Part shown: positions 1 through 12,484 of the stretch, in pieces
Layout of the letters: every line of letters starts with the position of its first letter
How positions within the stretch are numbered: the stretch's first letter is position 1
Origin: Octopus vulgaris
Taxonomy: Eukaryota
Direction: 5' to 3'
Assembly: GCA_951406725.2 (NCBI GenBank)
Contig: OX597818.1
Span: 122,698,001 to 122,762,000 of the forward strand
DNA length: 64,000 nt
The notes under the pieces: generated by a model
The model's input: only the letters and a program-made list of their open reading frames with translations
The model's database searches: none
Told to the model about the DNA's origin: nothing
Made by a program: the position numbers and the translations under genes

Positions 1-578
1 TGGGAAAATATATTTCTAAAGCCTGTTATCATTTAGAGAGGAGCAGAGTAAAATATTGGGGATCAAAAAAAAAAAGAAAAAAAGGGAATGGTCTCATAGT
101 TAATTTATCTTTATCTTTATTTTATTTATAAGATTTTATGCAGCATAAATTCTAAAACCTTTTAGAGTTAAATCAATTGGGTGTTGACAGTTAAGTTGCA
201 GTTGCTGATGATGAATTAATTAATGTCAGATGCTCTGCTCGGCCATTATTTTACTGAGTACATAGTTTATATTAAATCAAAACCAGGATTATTTTCCTCA
301 TTACTAGACGGTAAGTATAAGATATCTAAATATAGAATCGACTGTAAGGGGTAATTAAATTAGAGGTGTGCTAACTCTATAATATAGTACAAGCGGAGGC
401 AGAAATTAAACCGATGTGGGCATGTAGCTACATCTTAAATATTACAAGCTAAAAAATAAAAATAGTATTTTTTATCGAGTAATCTGATATAAAAGAACAT
501 TGAAAATAATTTTTTTATATGAAATATTACCATCGTTATGAAGAAATCATGAAAGGATATAAAAATGTATGAAAATAC

Positions 579-710
<132 letters not shown>

Positions 711-1428
711 ATATATATACATAAGAACATTTTATAAAGTTTATCAAACATATAGTGCAATTATAAATATATATAAATACCATATTGTATTATATTTTAC
801 AGTGAGTTTTACGAAATTATAAAACTCTCTATAATCTGTAATCTGTATGTATGCATGTATGTATGTATGTATGTATGTATGTATGTATGTATGTATGCAT
901 AGTTTTTATTCTGTTCTCTTAGAAACAACTACTAGAGCACAGAATGAAATGTGATTTGTCGGTGATACAAATATAATTAAACGGATTGAATAAAGAATGC
1001 ACTAAATAAATGCATTAAATTAAATTGTGACCTGTTTTATGTTCTTGCATAGTATAAAAGATATAAATGTGTGTGCCTGAATGTGTGCGCGTATCTGTAA
1101 TTCAGTGTGTGTAGCTGTATCCACATTAGGAAGATGTTGGGTATAAAGATATGTAGAGAAGAAAATAAAGTATTTGAGAGGAAGGAAAGGATGAGCAATA
1201 GGATGAGATTAGCAATTCAAAGAGTTCGCGGCATGAAAATAAACAGTTTTAATATATAAATATGGGTAATATTTTCGAAGAAGTTAGTCAAATAGAAGCT
1301 CTCAAATCGTTTAGACTAATAATTTAAGGATAAAAATTATATATACATACGTTTATGAATTTGTGTTACAAGACTCGATGTGAAATCGTGTCTTGAAACA
1401 GATATTGTTTTATTTCGGGATGTTGGTC

Positions 1429-1780
1429 ATTATTTTTTTGCCAAATAAACACACGCGGTATATACTCGTTCTTCACTCGTTTATTTCTGTGCTTATTCTA
1501 ACTCATGTCCATTGTCCAGAAATCTTTCGTCACACATATATGACCTCTTCAGCGACACACACTTTCCCTTTCCGTGTGTGCTCTTGCTCCACTTATTTAA
1601 TTTTCATATTTCATGAAATGACTGGAGCAAGAGCACTCACGAAGACAGAAAGTTTCGCTGAAGCGGTTACAGATATGTGACAAAAGATTTCCGGAGGATG
1701 GACACGAGTTAGAATAAGAACAGTAATAAACGAGTAAAGAACGAAGATATAGTGTATGTTTAGTTGGCAAAAAAAATAAT
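1429..1780. mobile_element. Foldback/MITE-like imperfect palindrome (~350 bp)
   Basis: The left arm ATTATTTTTTTGCCAAATAAACAC...CTTATTCTAACTCATGTCC...GTGCTCTTGCTCCA is the reverse complement of the right arm TGGAGCAAGAGCAC...GGACACGAGTTAGAATAAG...TTGGCAAAAAAAATAAT. ORFs 1393..1680(+) and 1611..1808(-) give similar peptides. Confidence 0.75.
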
Positions 1781-2649
1781 AAAAACGAATACACACACAG
1801 ACACACATTGCATACGCACATAATTATTATTTGGATGGAAATGAACCTGTATCTAGTTAAATGAGTTATGATATATTAAAGAATAGACAAAATGATACAA
1901 GAAAAGGTGTATATGATAAGATTTATATATCAGAAATATCTTAAAATTAATGATAGAACAAAGATGTCTTAATTACGGAGCGGTTGTTTACATGCAAATG
2001 TTTTTGTCTGGTCATTGTTTTAAAGGTAATATAGTTATGTTATGAAAGTGGTAAAAGATGAGAATGTAATAGAAATCATTACATTAAGTGAAAGTGAATT
2101 TAGCTCCGCTATATATTGTAAATCACTTAGTGTGGTTAGAAAGCAATGCAATTGTAAAATGGAAATAATTAAAATAATTCCAGAAACTATGTGGAGAAAG
2201 GTTAATAATTATCGTATCTACTAGTTCTTAGGAAGTAAACATTTATAAAATATAAATATTTTAGTATTTAAGATGACTACGAGTAAAGGAATCGGTTTAG
2301 ATCTATGAAATAAGTAAAGTAAAATGCAAAATAAGTGAATATAAAATGAATATATATAAAAGATATAAATTATTTAAAGTGTTTCTATTTATAAATCGAT
2401 CTAAATGTTTTCATTAAATACTAAAACAATGTTATATATCAGGTTTAAATTTGATTATGGTATTACGCAATATAAGAGTGTTACAATACATTTAAGTACA
2501 GTGCTGGAGAAAAAACATTTTCTAGTATATTTGTCGTTAATTGCGTGATCCACAAAAGATTCCTAGGTTGAAATGGATGATAAATATCATTGGCAAAATT
2601 ACGCGGTTAAGAAATTAAGATATCTGAAATATTGGTATAAGGCCAACAT

Positions 2650-2835
2650 TTTCGCAGAAGGGATGAGTCAATTACATCGACCCCAGTCTTCGACTAGTAC
2701 TTATTGTGTTGACCTCAAAAGTAGGACAGGCAAAGTCGACCTCGTTCGGATTTTGTTCTCAGAACATGGAGAAGGTCGAAATGTCGTTAAGCGCTCGAAC
2801 TGCCATGCTAACGATTCTGCTAGCTCGCCGACTTA
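2650..2835 (-). mobile_element. tRNA-derived SINE family A, degraded
   Basis: Reverse complement of the family A head and body (GCTAACGATTCTGCTAGCTCGCC; GGCAAAGTCGACCTCG; TACATCGACCCCAG), matching the cleaner copies at 54219 and 57336. Confidence 0.75.
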
Positions 2836-3097
2836 TAAGCAGGTCTTTTACATTGATGAGTAATTCTAATGAAACTAATAATAAAAAAGGACTAAAAAGA
2901 GCTGGAAGTATATTTTATAGATTTCAGAGGTACAAATTAGACATGGATTCAATGTTTGTTTCTGTAACTTTTAGTATATGTAAGCGCGGATATAGTTTTT
3001 GGGAGATATTATGTTTGATTTCACAGAATCCTGAGTGATCACATAAATCTATCTTCCTAATCACTAGGATATTAATCTGTATACATATACATACATC

Positions 3098-3137
<40 letters not shown>

Positions 3138-3479
3138 ATAAGATACAAGTAAATTGATTATTTATTTTCAAAGGCGGAAACCCTGGATAAATACGCTTAC
3201 AAACAGCCGTTGAACTCCAACCCACATCCCTTGAAGACCCCAGCCAAGTACTTTAACATTAATCCAAACTGCCCGTTAACAAATTGATCCCCCTTTTAGA
3301 CACTTCTAAAGCTAAATGTACAACCACGTATATATAAATATAAACAAACATTTGATTTTTTTTATAGGCGAAGAAATGTGTATAGTAGGATACAAATAAG
3401 ATGATAATTTATTTTCGAACGCAGAGACGCCGTTAGAACAGCAGAAACGTTGGGTAATTAACCCTCACAAAATGGAAAA

Positions 3480-4160
3480 AATTGTTAACAACCAGCCATG
3501 GGACTCGAATCCACATTTTATTTGTTTCAGAGAGTCTTTGGCAGATTATTGCCCGCTCAGCTATGCAAAGCTATGTAGCGTTCCCTCCCGTTAATGTAGG
3601 ATCCCGGCCGTTCTATAATCCTCCACTTGATATCGTATGGGAACCTTTCAACTTTGAAGTCCCACACGTGCTTGGCCAGAGATGTGACGAATCGTCTTTC
3701 CGAAATCCTGAAAGAAAATCTCTGGTTGCACAGCCGCTTGATCGGATGTATTTCCTGGCTTGAATGTTGGTTGTGTTCCCATTTCTGGCGCATCTTCAGG
3801 TGGTTCCAGACAAGTATATGTTCTTCTTACCGCTGGTGTATTGTTAACATTACGAGGCGTGGCTATGGTTATATCGCTGCGACTTTTGCCGTTATTAATT
3901 AATTGTTTAATGATTGATGTTGGGTGGTTGGAGCCTGTGCGTATGCATGAGGCTTCTTCATTTGGTTTGTGGAAGGGTTTAAATTTGCTTGCACTAAGGT
4001 TTATATTAATAACTACAAAATAGACTTCTATAATGGTTGTACCAAGTGTGGTTCTAAGATATTAGTGGCTAAATGTTTTGCCCGCTTTTATTGTATACAA
4101 TTCCCACGTCATCGTCCCTATATAATCCTATGTTGGTTTCTTTTATCTCTTTCCCATGGA
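3480..4160 (-). mobile_element. Penelope-like element remnant (RT and GIY-YIG fragments, internally deleted)
   Basis: The minus strand gives IGLYRDD (~4109-4132), FKPFHKPN...SNHPTSIIKQL (~3900-3985) and, in ORF 3557..3793, KRLCNQRFSF...TSLAKHVWDFK...YDIKWRIIERPGSYING. These are typical PLE RT and endonuclease segments. Confidence 0.8.
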
Positions 4161-4267
4161 TATCTAGGATATCGAGGCCTACAAGAACATCTGTCCCTGC
4201 ATCGCTATAAGCTCACCATTGCAACATCAAATAGCTCATCCCAGTTCTTTTTAACCCAATAGGCATT

Positions 4268-4382
4268 AGGATGAAAAGTAAAGCCGACCTGGGCAAAATT
4301 TGAACCCGGAGAGTAAAGCCAGACGAAATGCCACTAAACATTTCGCCCGGCCTGCTAATGTTTCTGCCAGCGCACAGCCTTG
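4268..4382 (-). mobile_element. SINE family A 5' fragment
   Basis: GGATGAAAAGTAAAGCCGACCT...CATTTCGCCCGGCCTGCTAATGTTTCTGCCAGC is the reverse complement of the family A head. Confidence 0.75.
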
Positions 4383-4736
4383 GCACACCAAAAATATAGT
4401 TAAAATATAATAGACATATATGTTCGACAAATTATGCAAATCTATAAAATATGTGAGAAATATATATATATATAAACATGATAAAAGCTATAGTCCTACT
4501 TACTAACAATAGAAAGATATATATATGTCTATTGACTGATATATATGTCTATTAGATTATTCATATATTTTTAGTGTGTGTGTAATTTTGAAATTTTTAG
4601 ACTTGTTTCGGTATTGAGCATTTTAATGAGACGGTTATTAGATACATGATAATTACTCTTTGTGGCTCGGTTTATTGTGGAATGTTTTTGAATTGTTGAA
4701 CCTATCTGACTTCTCATCTTTAATATAAATATACAT

Positions 4737-4803
<67 letters not shown>

Positions 4804-5455
4804 TAGATATAGATATATACATATACACATATACACATATATATGTATATATAAATATATATATAATGAGAATGAAGAAACGAAAAACATGAATGCTCAA
4901 ATTCTTCATTTTCCTTTTTAACAATGTTGTACCATACACCCTAAGTAGCCAAGAAATAAGCTGTAACATCGGATATGAGCTAAAGGGAGTTAACCAAACA
5001 ACGCACCATCTCTACGAAACAGCCTTGGAATTTTATTCAGAGAAACTCGGTATCTGCCTAGATATCATATCCTTCCTAATACTATATATATGTGTGTGTG
5101 TGTATGTGTGTGTGTGGATGTGTGTGTGGATGTGTGTGTGTGCATATATACATACATGTATGTGTTCTCATGTGTGTGGGGGCGAGTATATGTATGTGCG
5201 TGTATGGGCGCTGGCGAGTGCGGGTTTGTTAGACTGAGGTTATTATTGTAAATGTACTTTAAATCCAACAGGTGACAAATTGGTCTTGAGGTGACTGAAA
5301 ACTGAGAACACTGTCAAATGTATTATAAATTTATGTTGTTTTGCGATCGCAACGTCCGCTTAACGACTTGTCTACTCCATTAAATCTCTAAGGATTCGTA
5401 TAATTCAACATATATATATATGTATGTATGTATATCTATATCTATCTATCTATCG

Positions 5456-5768
<313 letters not shown>

Positions 5769-6442
5769 TATATATATATATATATCTGTCTATCTCTCTC
5801 TCTCTATATATATATATATAGATAGATAGATAGAAGAAGAAGAAGAAGGGGAAGAGGGAGTAGGAAAAGAAGAGAAAGAATAAGAAAAATACAGGAGTGG
5901 CATGACAGTAGTATGATGTTGGTAGAATCCTCTTAAATGGTCAAGTGGCCTAAAAGTGACCTGTTGCGGTTGTAATAGTAAAGATTGGAATTGTTCTGAA
6001 TAAATTCATGAGTAGTGACTGATCTGATTATATCGGTTTTGATATTTGCGTGGGTATTATTCTAATGCCCTTGTAGTATCCTCATTTGTACTGGATGCAT
6101 TAAAAAAGAGTTTATATTTAGTGATAAAATATGACTCTTTACTAATGTGCTGATTATAGGTTGCATCGTCCCTGAATTTATAGAGGGGAAAAATTCTGGA
6201 GCCGGGTTGTTCGTTAGCGGCGCAAATGTCGATGTTTCACTGAATGCTATTTTACTGAATTCCAGAATTTTGATATGGGATCTATGTAGAGTCATCCTTT
6301 AGCACAGACTGTTTTTGGTTGGCCTATGTATTGCTCTCGACATCCTGAGTAAATTAATATATATATTAGGTTTTCCGAAGCACGTGTGAAGCTGTTTATT
6401 TTGTTTTCCTATTCCCTCTTCTTTTACTTCTTCTTCTTCTTC

Positions 6443-6570
6443 TTCTTCTTTTTCTTCTTCTTCTTCTTCTTCTTCTCCTTCTCCTTCTTCTTTTTCTTCT
6501 TCTTCTTTTTCTTCTTCTTCTTCTTTTTCTTCTTCTTCTTCTTCTTCTTCTTCTTCTACTTCTTCTTCTT
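6443..6570. repeat. (TTC)n microsatellite
   Basis: Directly visible tandem TTC; the imperfect run begins at ~6427. Confidence 0.9.
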
Positions 6571-6744
6571 ACAAATATACCGGATCAGCCAGAGCATCTT
6601 TCAAATAACGCTTCCTCAACTACCGGTCATCATTGAGAATCCCAGAGAGACGTTTTGTCACGTCTCTGGCCAGCCATATGCGGCAACTCGAAGATCAAGC
6701 GACGCTATCCATATGACATCAGGTGAAAGATCATAGAACATCCA

Positions 6745-6799
<55 letters not shown>

Positions 6800-6826
6800 A
6801 TGGCAAAAACTTAACTTTGTCTTTCT

Positions 6827-6892
6827 ATAGAGTCTGATGAACTGTCTACAAGGCTGTAGCTTTCGTGGATACGAAATCATTGGTCACTCTAT
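6827..6892 (+). ncRNA. Type I hammerhead ribozyme fold
   Basis: ATAGAGT-CTGATGA-(32-nt stem II region)-GAAA-TCATTGG-TC-ACTCTAT: perfect 7-bp stem I, intact core, minimal stem III, GUC triplet at 6883-6885. It lies in a ~350-bp cassette bounded by (TA)n at 6749-6797 and 7149-7193. Confidence 0.7.
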
Positions 6893-7146
6893 GAGCAAAA
6901 TTTTGCTTTAATGCTTACTACTCTATTCTTTAGTGCGTGCTTCTTTTTCTGATATATGTTATATTGACAATGCTTGACAGCTAAATCCACATGTTTCTTT
7001 TTTTTATATTTTCTCTCTTTATTTTCTCGTATTCCTTTCTGTTGAATAGCGTAGGCTCGAAACGTAGAAGACTTTTTCACAAGCGTCAGACTATTACACC
7101 TGCTTGTTGTTCATACATGTGTCTTTCGTTTTTCGTTAAATTTCAA

Positions 7147-7195
<49 letters not shown>

Positions 7196-8034
7196 TGAGA
7201 GAAAGAGAGCGAGAGAGAGAGTGCGAAAGAGAGAGAGAGAGAGAGAGAAAGAAAACAACGATATTTTATTCCACACATGTAGAAATATAGTAAAAAGACG
7301 TTGAAAATGCAATGGGATTCGTTTCGATTTTTATATTTAAACATTTTTAAACACTTATTCGGTTATCTTGTTTTTGTAGAGAACGTGGCTGAAATTAGTA
7401 TCTGTCTCGGATACGTTTTAATTGATGAAGGATGATCACGTGATCAGGTTTTAAAAAGTTTGTATGTAGACCACTACTTCCCTTCTTTAATGACATGTGA
7501 TAATAAGTTTGGCGCCGTTAGTTAAATCTCTCACTGTTGCGTGAACATGTCTTGTGACAATATGTAGCAATCAAGGCTGCCTGAGTTTGATCTGTCAAAT
7601 GTAGGACGGTCTCGTGATTAGTGGTAATCTTAGAAATTTTTGTAGGTTTCCCATTTTGCCCGTGCGTTAATATGTGACTATATTTTTGCGCAGAAAATAA
7701 AGGCTGGCACAGTTGAATGAACATGTCTAGTGACAATCCTAAAATAAGGTTCTCTAAATCTAATCTGTTGAGATGTAGATTGGACAGAAATTGTTTCTAT
7801 GTAGCCTAATGTGTGAATAGTTATAATTTGTATTTATATATGCAGGCTTCAAATTAGTCTATTAAATGTCTTTTTCGTTATTATTCAGCACTTATGTACA
7901 TGTAGAATCTGCTAGTTAGTGTACAACTGCTAGATGATTGTGTACGTAGTTTAGGTTTTTTGCTGTATAAATTCAACATGTCAAGCAGTAGAATGCGTTC
8001 GTGTGGGAATAGCTGTTCGTGAATGTAGCTTGTT

Positions 8035-8312
8035 ATAGTTTATTCAGTCTTGGTTTGTACATTTTTATGAAAATAAATTGTTTTTTTATTCGTGTTTGGT
8101 TTATGGTATAGAGTAAACAAAGTTAAAGCGGAAAGACTTAGAGCTTGGGAGACTTATTTTCAGTACATGTGTCCATGTGTCCACATAGTGTTATCAGCTT
8201 AGTACTGGGGTCTCGTATTTGTTGTCTATGAATAATAAATACGTCTATCTTTAGGAGGAAGTTTTGTTTGACCTATGTCATCCTCGCTGCATCCTTTACA
8301 TTTAATAGCATA
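8035..8312 (-). mobile_element. Penelope-like GIY-YIG endonuclease C-terminal remnant
   Basis: Minus strand YAIKCKGCSEDDIGQTK...(frameshift)IHRQQIRDP...CGHMDTC...VFP...FIKMYKPRLN*, the PLE GIY-YIG pattern with stops and frameshifts. Confidence 0.8.
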
Positions 8313-10899
8313 TTTTGACTTATTTTTGTACACACAGACACATACACAAACACACACATATATATATATTGTAAAAAATATGGTATAAAATATGATAAAA
8401 AAGGACAATGCACAGAAATTGTATTTTTGAAAAATATATTTATTGAATAATATACTTATATATTCGACCGGCTTCGCTTATGCATTTCATGCAAAGTAGT
8501 TAGTTGTAATGTTATAATTTCATACTAACATGTTGTCGTTCTATGTTGGTGCGACAACAGATATTATGTAAATAAATTGGTAAGTAAATAAATTTTAGGG
8601 GAGGTAATCAGGGATTGTTATTATAAGTAGAGGAGATAAATCCTCCTCTTTGGAAAGTAAACTGATTTTATGTAGACTAAAAAAAATACATTTATTAATT
8701 CTTTCAACATAAAATGTCTGTGTATGGCATCAAATTCAGGAACGAGAATGTACAGGACGTTTCTCAAGTTTAGTGTATAACGCTGTAGACATGTTGCTAC
8801 AAAATTTGTGGTTTAACAAAGTTCAGTGAGAGAAATGACTGTCGACTACTGACATTCTCCCCTCATAAAAAATAAAGATAAAACAAATTTAAAGGAAGGA
8901 TTTGGTGGCCATCACCCGAATTTACAAAATCAACGAGGATAGGGTGAATCCAAAATAACAAAACACCACGAAGTATTTTGTAAAATATTATTAACAATTC
9001 TCAGCATTAAAAAAAACAGCCCACATACAAAGCAAATATATATGAATAAAAATAAAGCAATGCCACACCAGACGTGCAGCCACAATATTTACAAAGGTAA
9101 CATACATATACAGTTCAGAAATTCGGACTCATAATCCCGGTTTTACCAACGTGATTTCACAAACTTGTATCCTTAACTCTGGATTTACACATTTTGGTTT
9201 CACCAAAATTGACCTCACAAAACAACTAGCCTCACAAATTTGGTTTTCAAAAAATATGTATTCCGGAAATTTGGATTTCATAAAATCTGGATTTCTATTT
9301 TAGTACAAATTTAGTTTTCGAACATTGAATGTCGAGCCTTGGACCCAGAGTTGACACAGGAATTATTTTAAATCTAGCAAAATTTCTGGCGAATTCCCGG
9401 AGCATAAAATAAATCCATAAATGCCTAACATAAACACAAAGTGCATAATCAACTAAACTGATATTATACTGGCAAATGTTATGAACATCTAACAAGAATC
9501 TCTCAACACTTATATACATACAACAATTCTGATACCTAAACGACCTGACGCCATCTTAGGAAATCACAAAACTAAATTGCATTGTTTTGATAAAATGAAG
9601 TAATAGGTATATTTCAAGCTAGGATATGTTTGAAAGAGAGACTCCCTCTAATAATTATCTCTTTTTTGCTTTCTGAGGAAATTTGAAGAGTACAAAATAT
9701 TCTCAGTTGAAGACAGGAACATTAATATGACATAGTTTCAATTTGGTCACCTGAAGGAATATATTAAAATTAGAATGGTATAAAGACCAACTTTGAAGCG
9801 ATTAAGACATTCTCAAAGATATAAAGATGCTCAGTTGGAAAGAAAAATAAGCTTATTTAATTGCAAAACAAGGATAACTCGCATGCCAGTCATGTAGAAA
9901 TCTCCATTAATAATCTGACTATTTCTCTGTGAACTTCTAAGAAATGCTACCATTGAATGTGAATAGACGATAACAAATACATGGGTGACATTTGTATAAA
10001 AGAAAGTGTAATTACGTAGTATTTCTCCTAAATAGAAAATTCTTTATCATCGATTTGGATTGTAGATGAATTTCAAGAAACAGCTACCAACTCCTAGAAA
10101 TTTTTACATCAACAATATTTTGACAGACTTTATTCAAAACGAAAGCAAAGCGGCAATGGCTTAAGATCGATCTAAACTCACTTTGACGTCGCATAATATC
10201 ACTTCAAAAGCATCCAAAAGCCACCAAGCATAGTATTCTATGCATGGAACAAAATTACATAAATGAGGTAAATAACATCAGCAAAAACTGAAAGAAGCTT
10301 TGTGGAGCGAATTACTTGATTGGTGATTGTGAATACGAACGAAAGGAATTTGCGCAGCTCCACAACAAAGAAACATCAAATGAAAGGCCCTCTGCATATC
10401 AGCGAAAAACATATATATGCCTGTGTTGAAAGAAAACTTCAGTGCGACAACTATATAGGCAACTAAACAACTATATTAACAACCGATATATTATCTCGAA
10501 CTTTGAAGGGTGTGCATTTGCAATCAAAGAATTGTAAATTACAAGAAGCTACCTTATGCACAAAATGAGAGCGATGAATGTATCGCATATAGGTATGGCA
10601 ACTATATGTGACCCATATAATAAGTAGCTGATAGATTAAGCAGTTGATTGATCAAGATATTATTTACCTATGAAGTATGATGTTGCTAAAAAATGTATAA
10701 TGCAGTTCAAGTAGCATCTTCAAGATTGAAGTCTGAGAAGTTATCGAGAAGCAGGTGCCATACTCACCTACAACGCGAAATAATTCTGATGAAATGTTCA
10801 GCAGAGCAGACAGAATCATCTATGACGGGGTGGGGGGAAGCACAGGAGTAGAAATTATCCGGCACGCAGTAACATAGTATTAAATATAAAAGAAGGAAA

Positions 10900-11030
10900 T
10901 ATCTTTGGGTAAATAAGGAGAAATCTGTTGGATTATAACTTCAGATTTTACGTGTGCTTACTGAAACAATGTGTGATGTAATTAACTATTAGACTCGTGC
11001 AGTCGGGCTTCACAATCCAAAAATTAATAG
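10900..11030 (+). repeat. Left copy of ~130-bp direct repeat flanking SINE B (right copy 11402-11533)
   Basis: TATCTTTGGGTAAATAAGGAG...CACAATCCAAAAATTAATAG recurs immediately after the SINE tail with only a few differences. Confidence 0.95.
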
Positions 11031-11401
11031 GCGCAGGAGTGGCTGTGTGGTAAGTAGCTTGCTTACCAACCACATGGTTCCGGGTTCAGTCCCACTGCGT
11101 GGCACCTTGGGCAAGTGTCTTCTGCTTTAGCCTCGGGCCGACCAAAGCCTTGTGAGTGGATTTGGTAGACGGAAACTGAAAGAAGCCCGTCGTATATATG
11201 TATATATATATATATATGTGTGTGTGTGTTTGTGTGTCTCTGTTTATGTCCCCATTACTTAGCGGTTCGGCAAAAGAGACCGATAGAATGAATACTGGGC
11301 TTACAAAAGAATAAGCCCCGGGGTCGAGTTGCTCGACTAAAGGCGGTGTTCCAGCACGGCCGCAGTCAAATGACTGAAACAAGTAAAAGAGTAAAAAAGA
11401 G
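11030..11401 (+). mobile_element. tRNA-derived SINE family B, near full length
   Basis: Head GGCGCAGGAGTGGCTGTGTGGTAAG (A box) and GGTTCAGTCCC (B-box-like), CORE-like GCACCTTGGGCAAGTG, internal (TA)/(TG) repeat, tail GAAACAAGTAAAAGAGTAAAA. Other copies are present in the window. Confidence 0.9.
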
Positions 11402-12093
11402 TATCTTTGGGTAAATAAGGAGAAATCTGTTGGATTATAACTTCAGATTTTACGTGTCCTTACTGAAACAATGTGTTATGTAATTAACTATTAGACTCGT
11501 ACAGTCGGGCTGCACAATCCAAAAAAATAATAGACATTTTGTTATCGTAATGCTTTAACGGTTGCAAGTCGACACCATAACGAAAGAACCTGACCAGGTT
11601 GATGTAAATACCAGAGATACTATGTCCCGGAGAGGGTGCTCTGGGTGTCGTGGTAAGTGCAGTACAGGGGAATGTGTGCATTATGAGTGTTTCAAAGGGA
11701 AACGTGTGAGTCTGAAGTGCTTGGGCATAGGTTACATATAAAAGCAGTCAGATCCGAGGAACAAAGACCATTGTTGTAACAACAGAAAAGGCGAAGAAAA
11801 AACAGCTATTCTCTGGATGGAAGATTACAGCCGTCCCTGTGAGTCTTTTTTGCGACAATAACTCATGTACCCTTGCTCTACATACACTCTACGTTATATA
11901 ATCATGCAACAACGGCATCTAGGTGTAGGAATTATAAACCACAGTAGACATTATCTAATATGTTTGCAATAGAGTGCATTCCCGTAGTAAGCGAAGAATC
12001 ATCGAACCCGGACGAACTCACTCCAAAGTATCATGCAAACACAAATATATTTAGCATAAATATATTTCACATAAATTTTGATTTTTATAAAAA

Positions 12094-12484
12094 ACAGCAG
12101 TATCGCACGGCGTTGCTCGGGTTTGTTCCGACCCTTCAGCATTGGAATTTTTGAAAAGTATAAATTTTCCATTATGTAGCTTGTTATTCTCTTTAAGTGA
12201 ACATTTTTCTGGTTGAAATACACCAAAACATGGTGACACAGTAGTCAAAAAATCGTAAAAAATAGGTATTTTCATTGAAAACAAGCACCTTTTTTATGTA
12301 AATAATTTTTGGTTTTAACATGGTCCGATTTGTGTTATTTCTTCTACGGAATGACGGACAAGTCTTCTTCTATCATACTCTCAATTTTGGTCAACTTGCG
12401 CCGCAGGGTCTCGGAGGAGATAGTATTAGTTGAAGGCTACCAAACCTGCCACACACAGACAACTTCAGATTTATATATATAGAT
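12094..12484 (+). mobile_element. Non-autonomous Helentron/HINE-like element
   Basis: Starts ACAGCAGTATCGCACGGCGTTGCTCGGGTTTG (subterminal hairpin) and ends CACACACAGACAACTTCAGATTTATATATATAGAT. The same 5' end occurs on the minus strand at 45587-45620. Confidence 0.55.

Larger units (their letters stand above)
9900..11790 (+). mobile_element. Possible highly decayed Ginger2/KRBA2-like DDE integrase transposon
   Basis: Scattered plus-strand peptides NERPSAYQ/ACVERK (~10379-10437, compare NGRPRHPQSQGSVER) and a Cys-rich tail GCSGCRGKCSTGEC...CFKGKRVSLKC (~11634-11720). No continuous ORF. Confidence 0.35.

Noticed and set aside
198-235. CTGATGA hammerhead-like core
   Set aside because: No downstream GAAA and no consistent stems.
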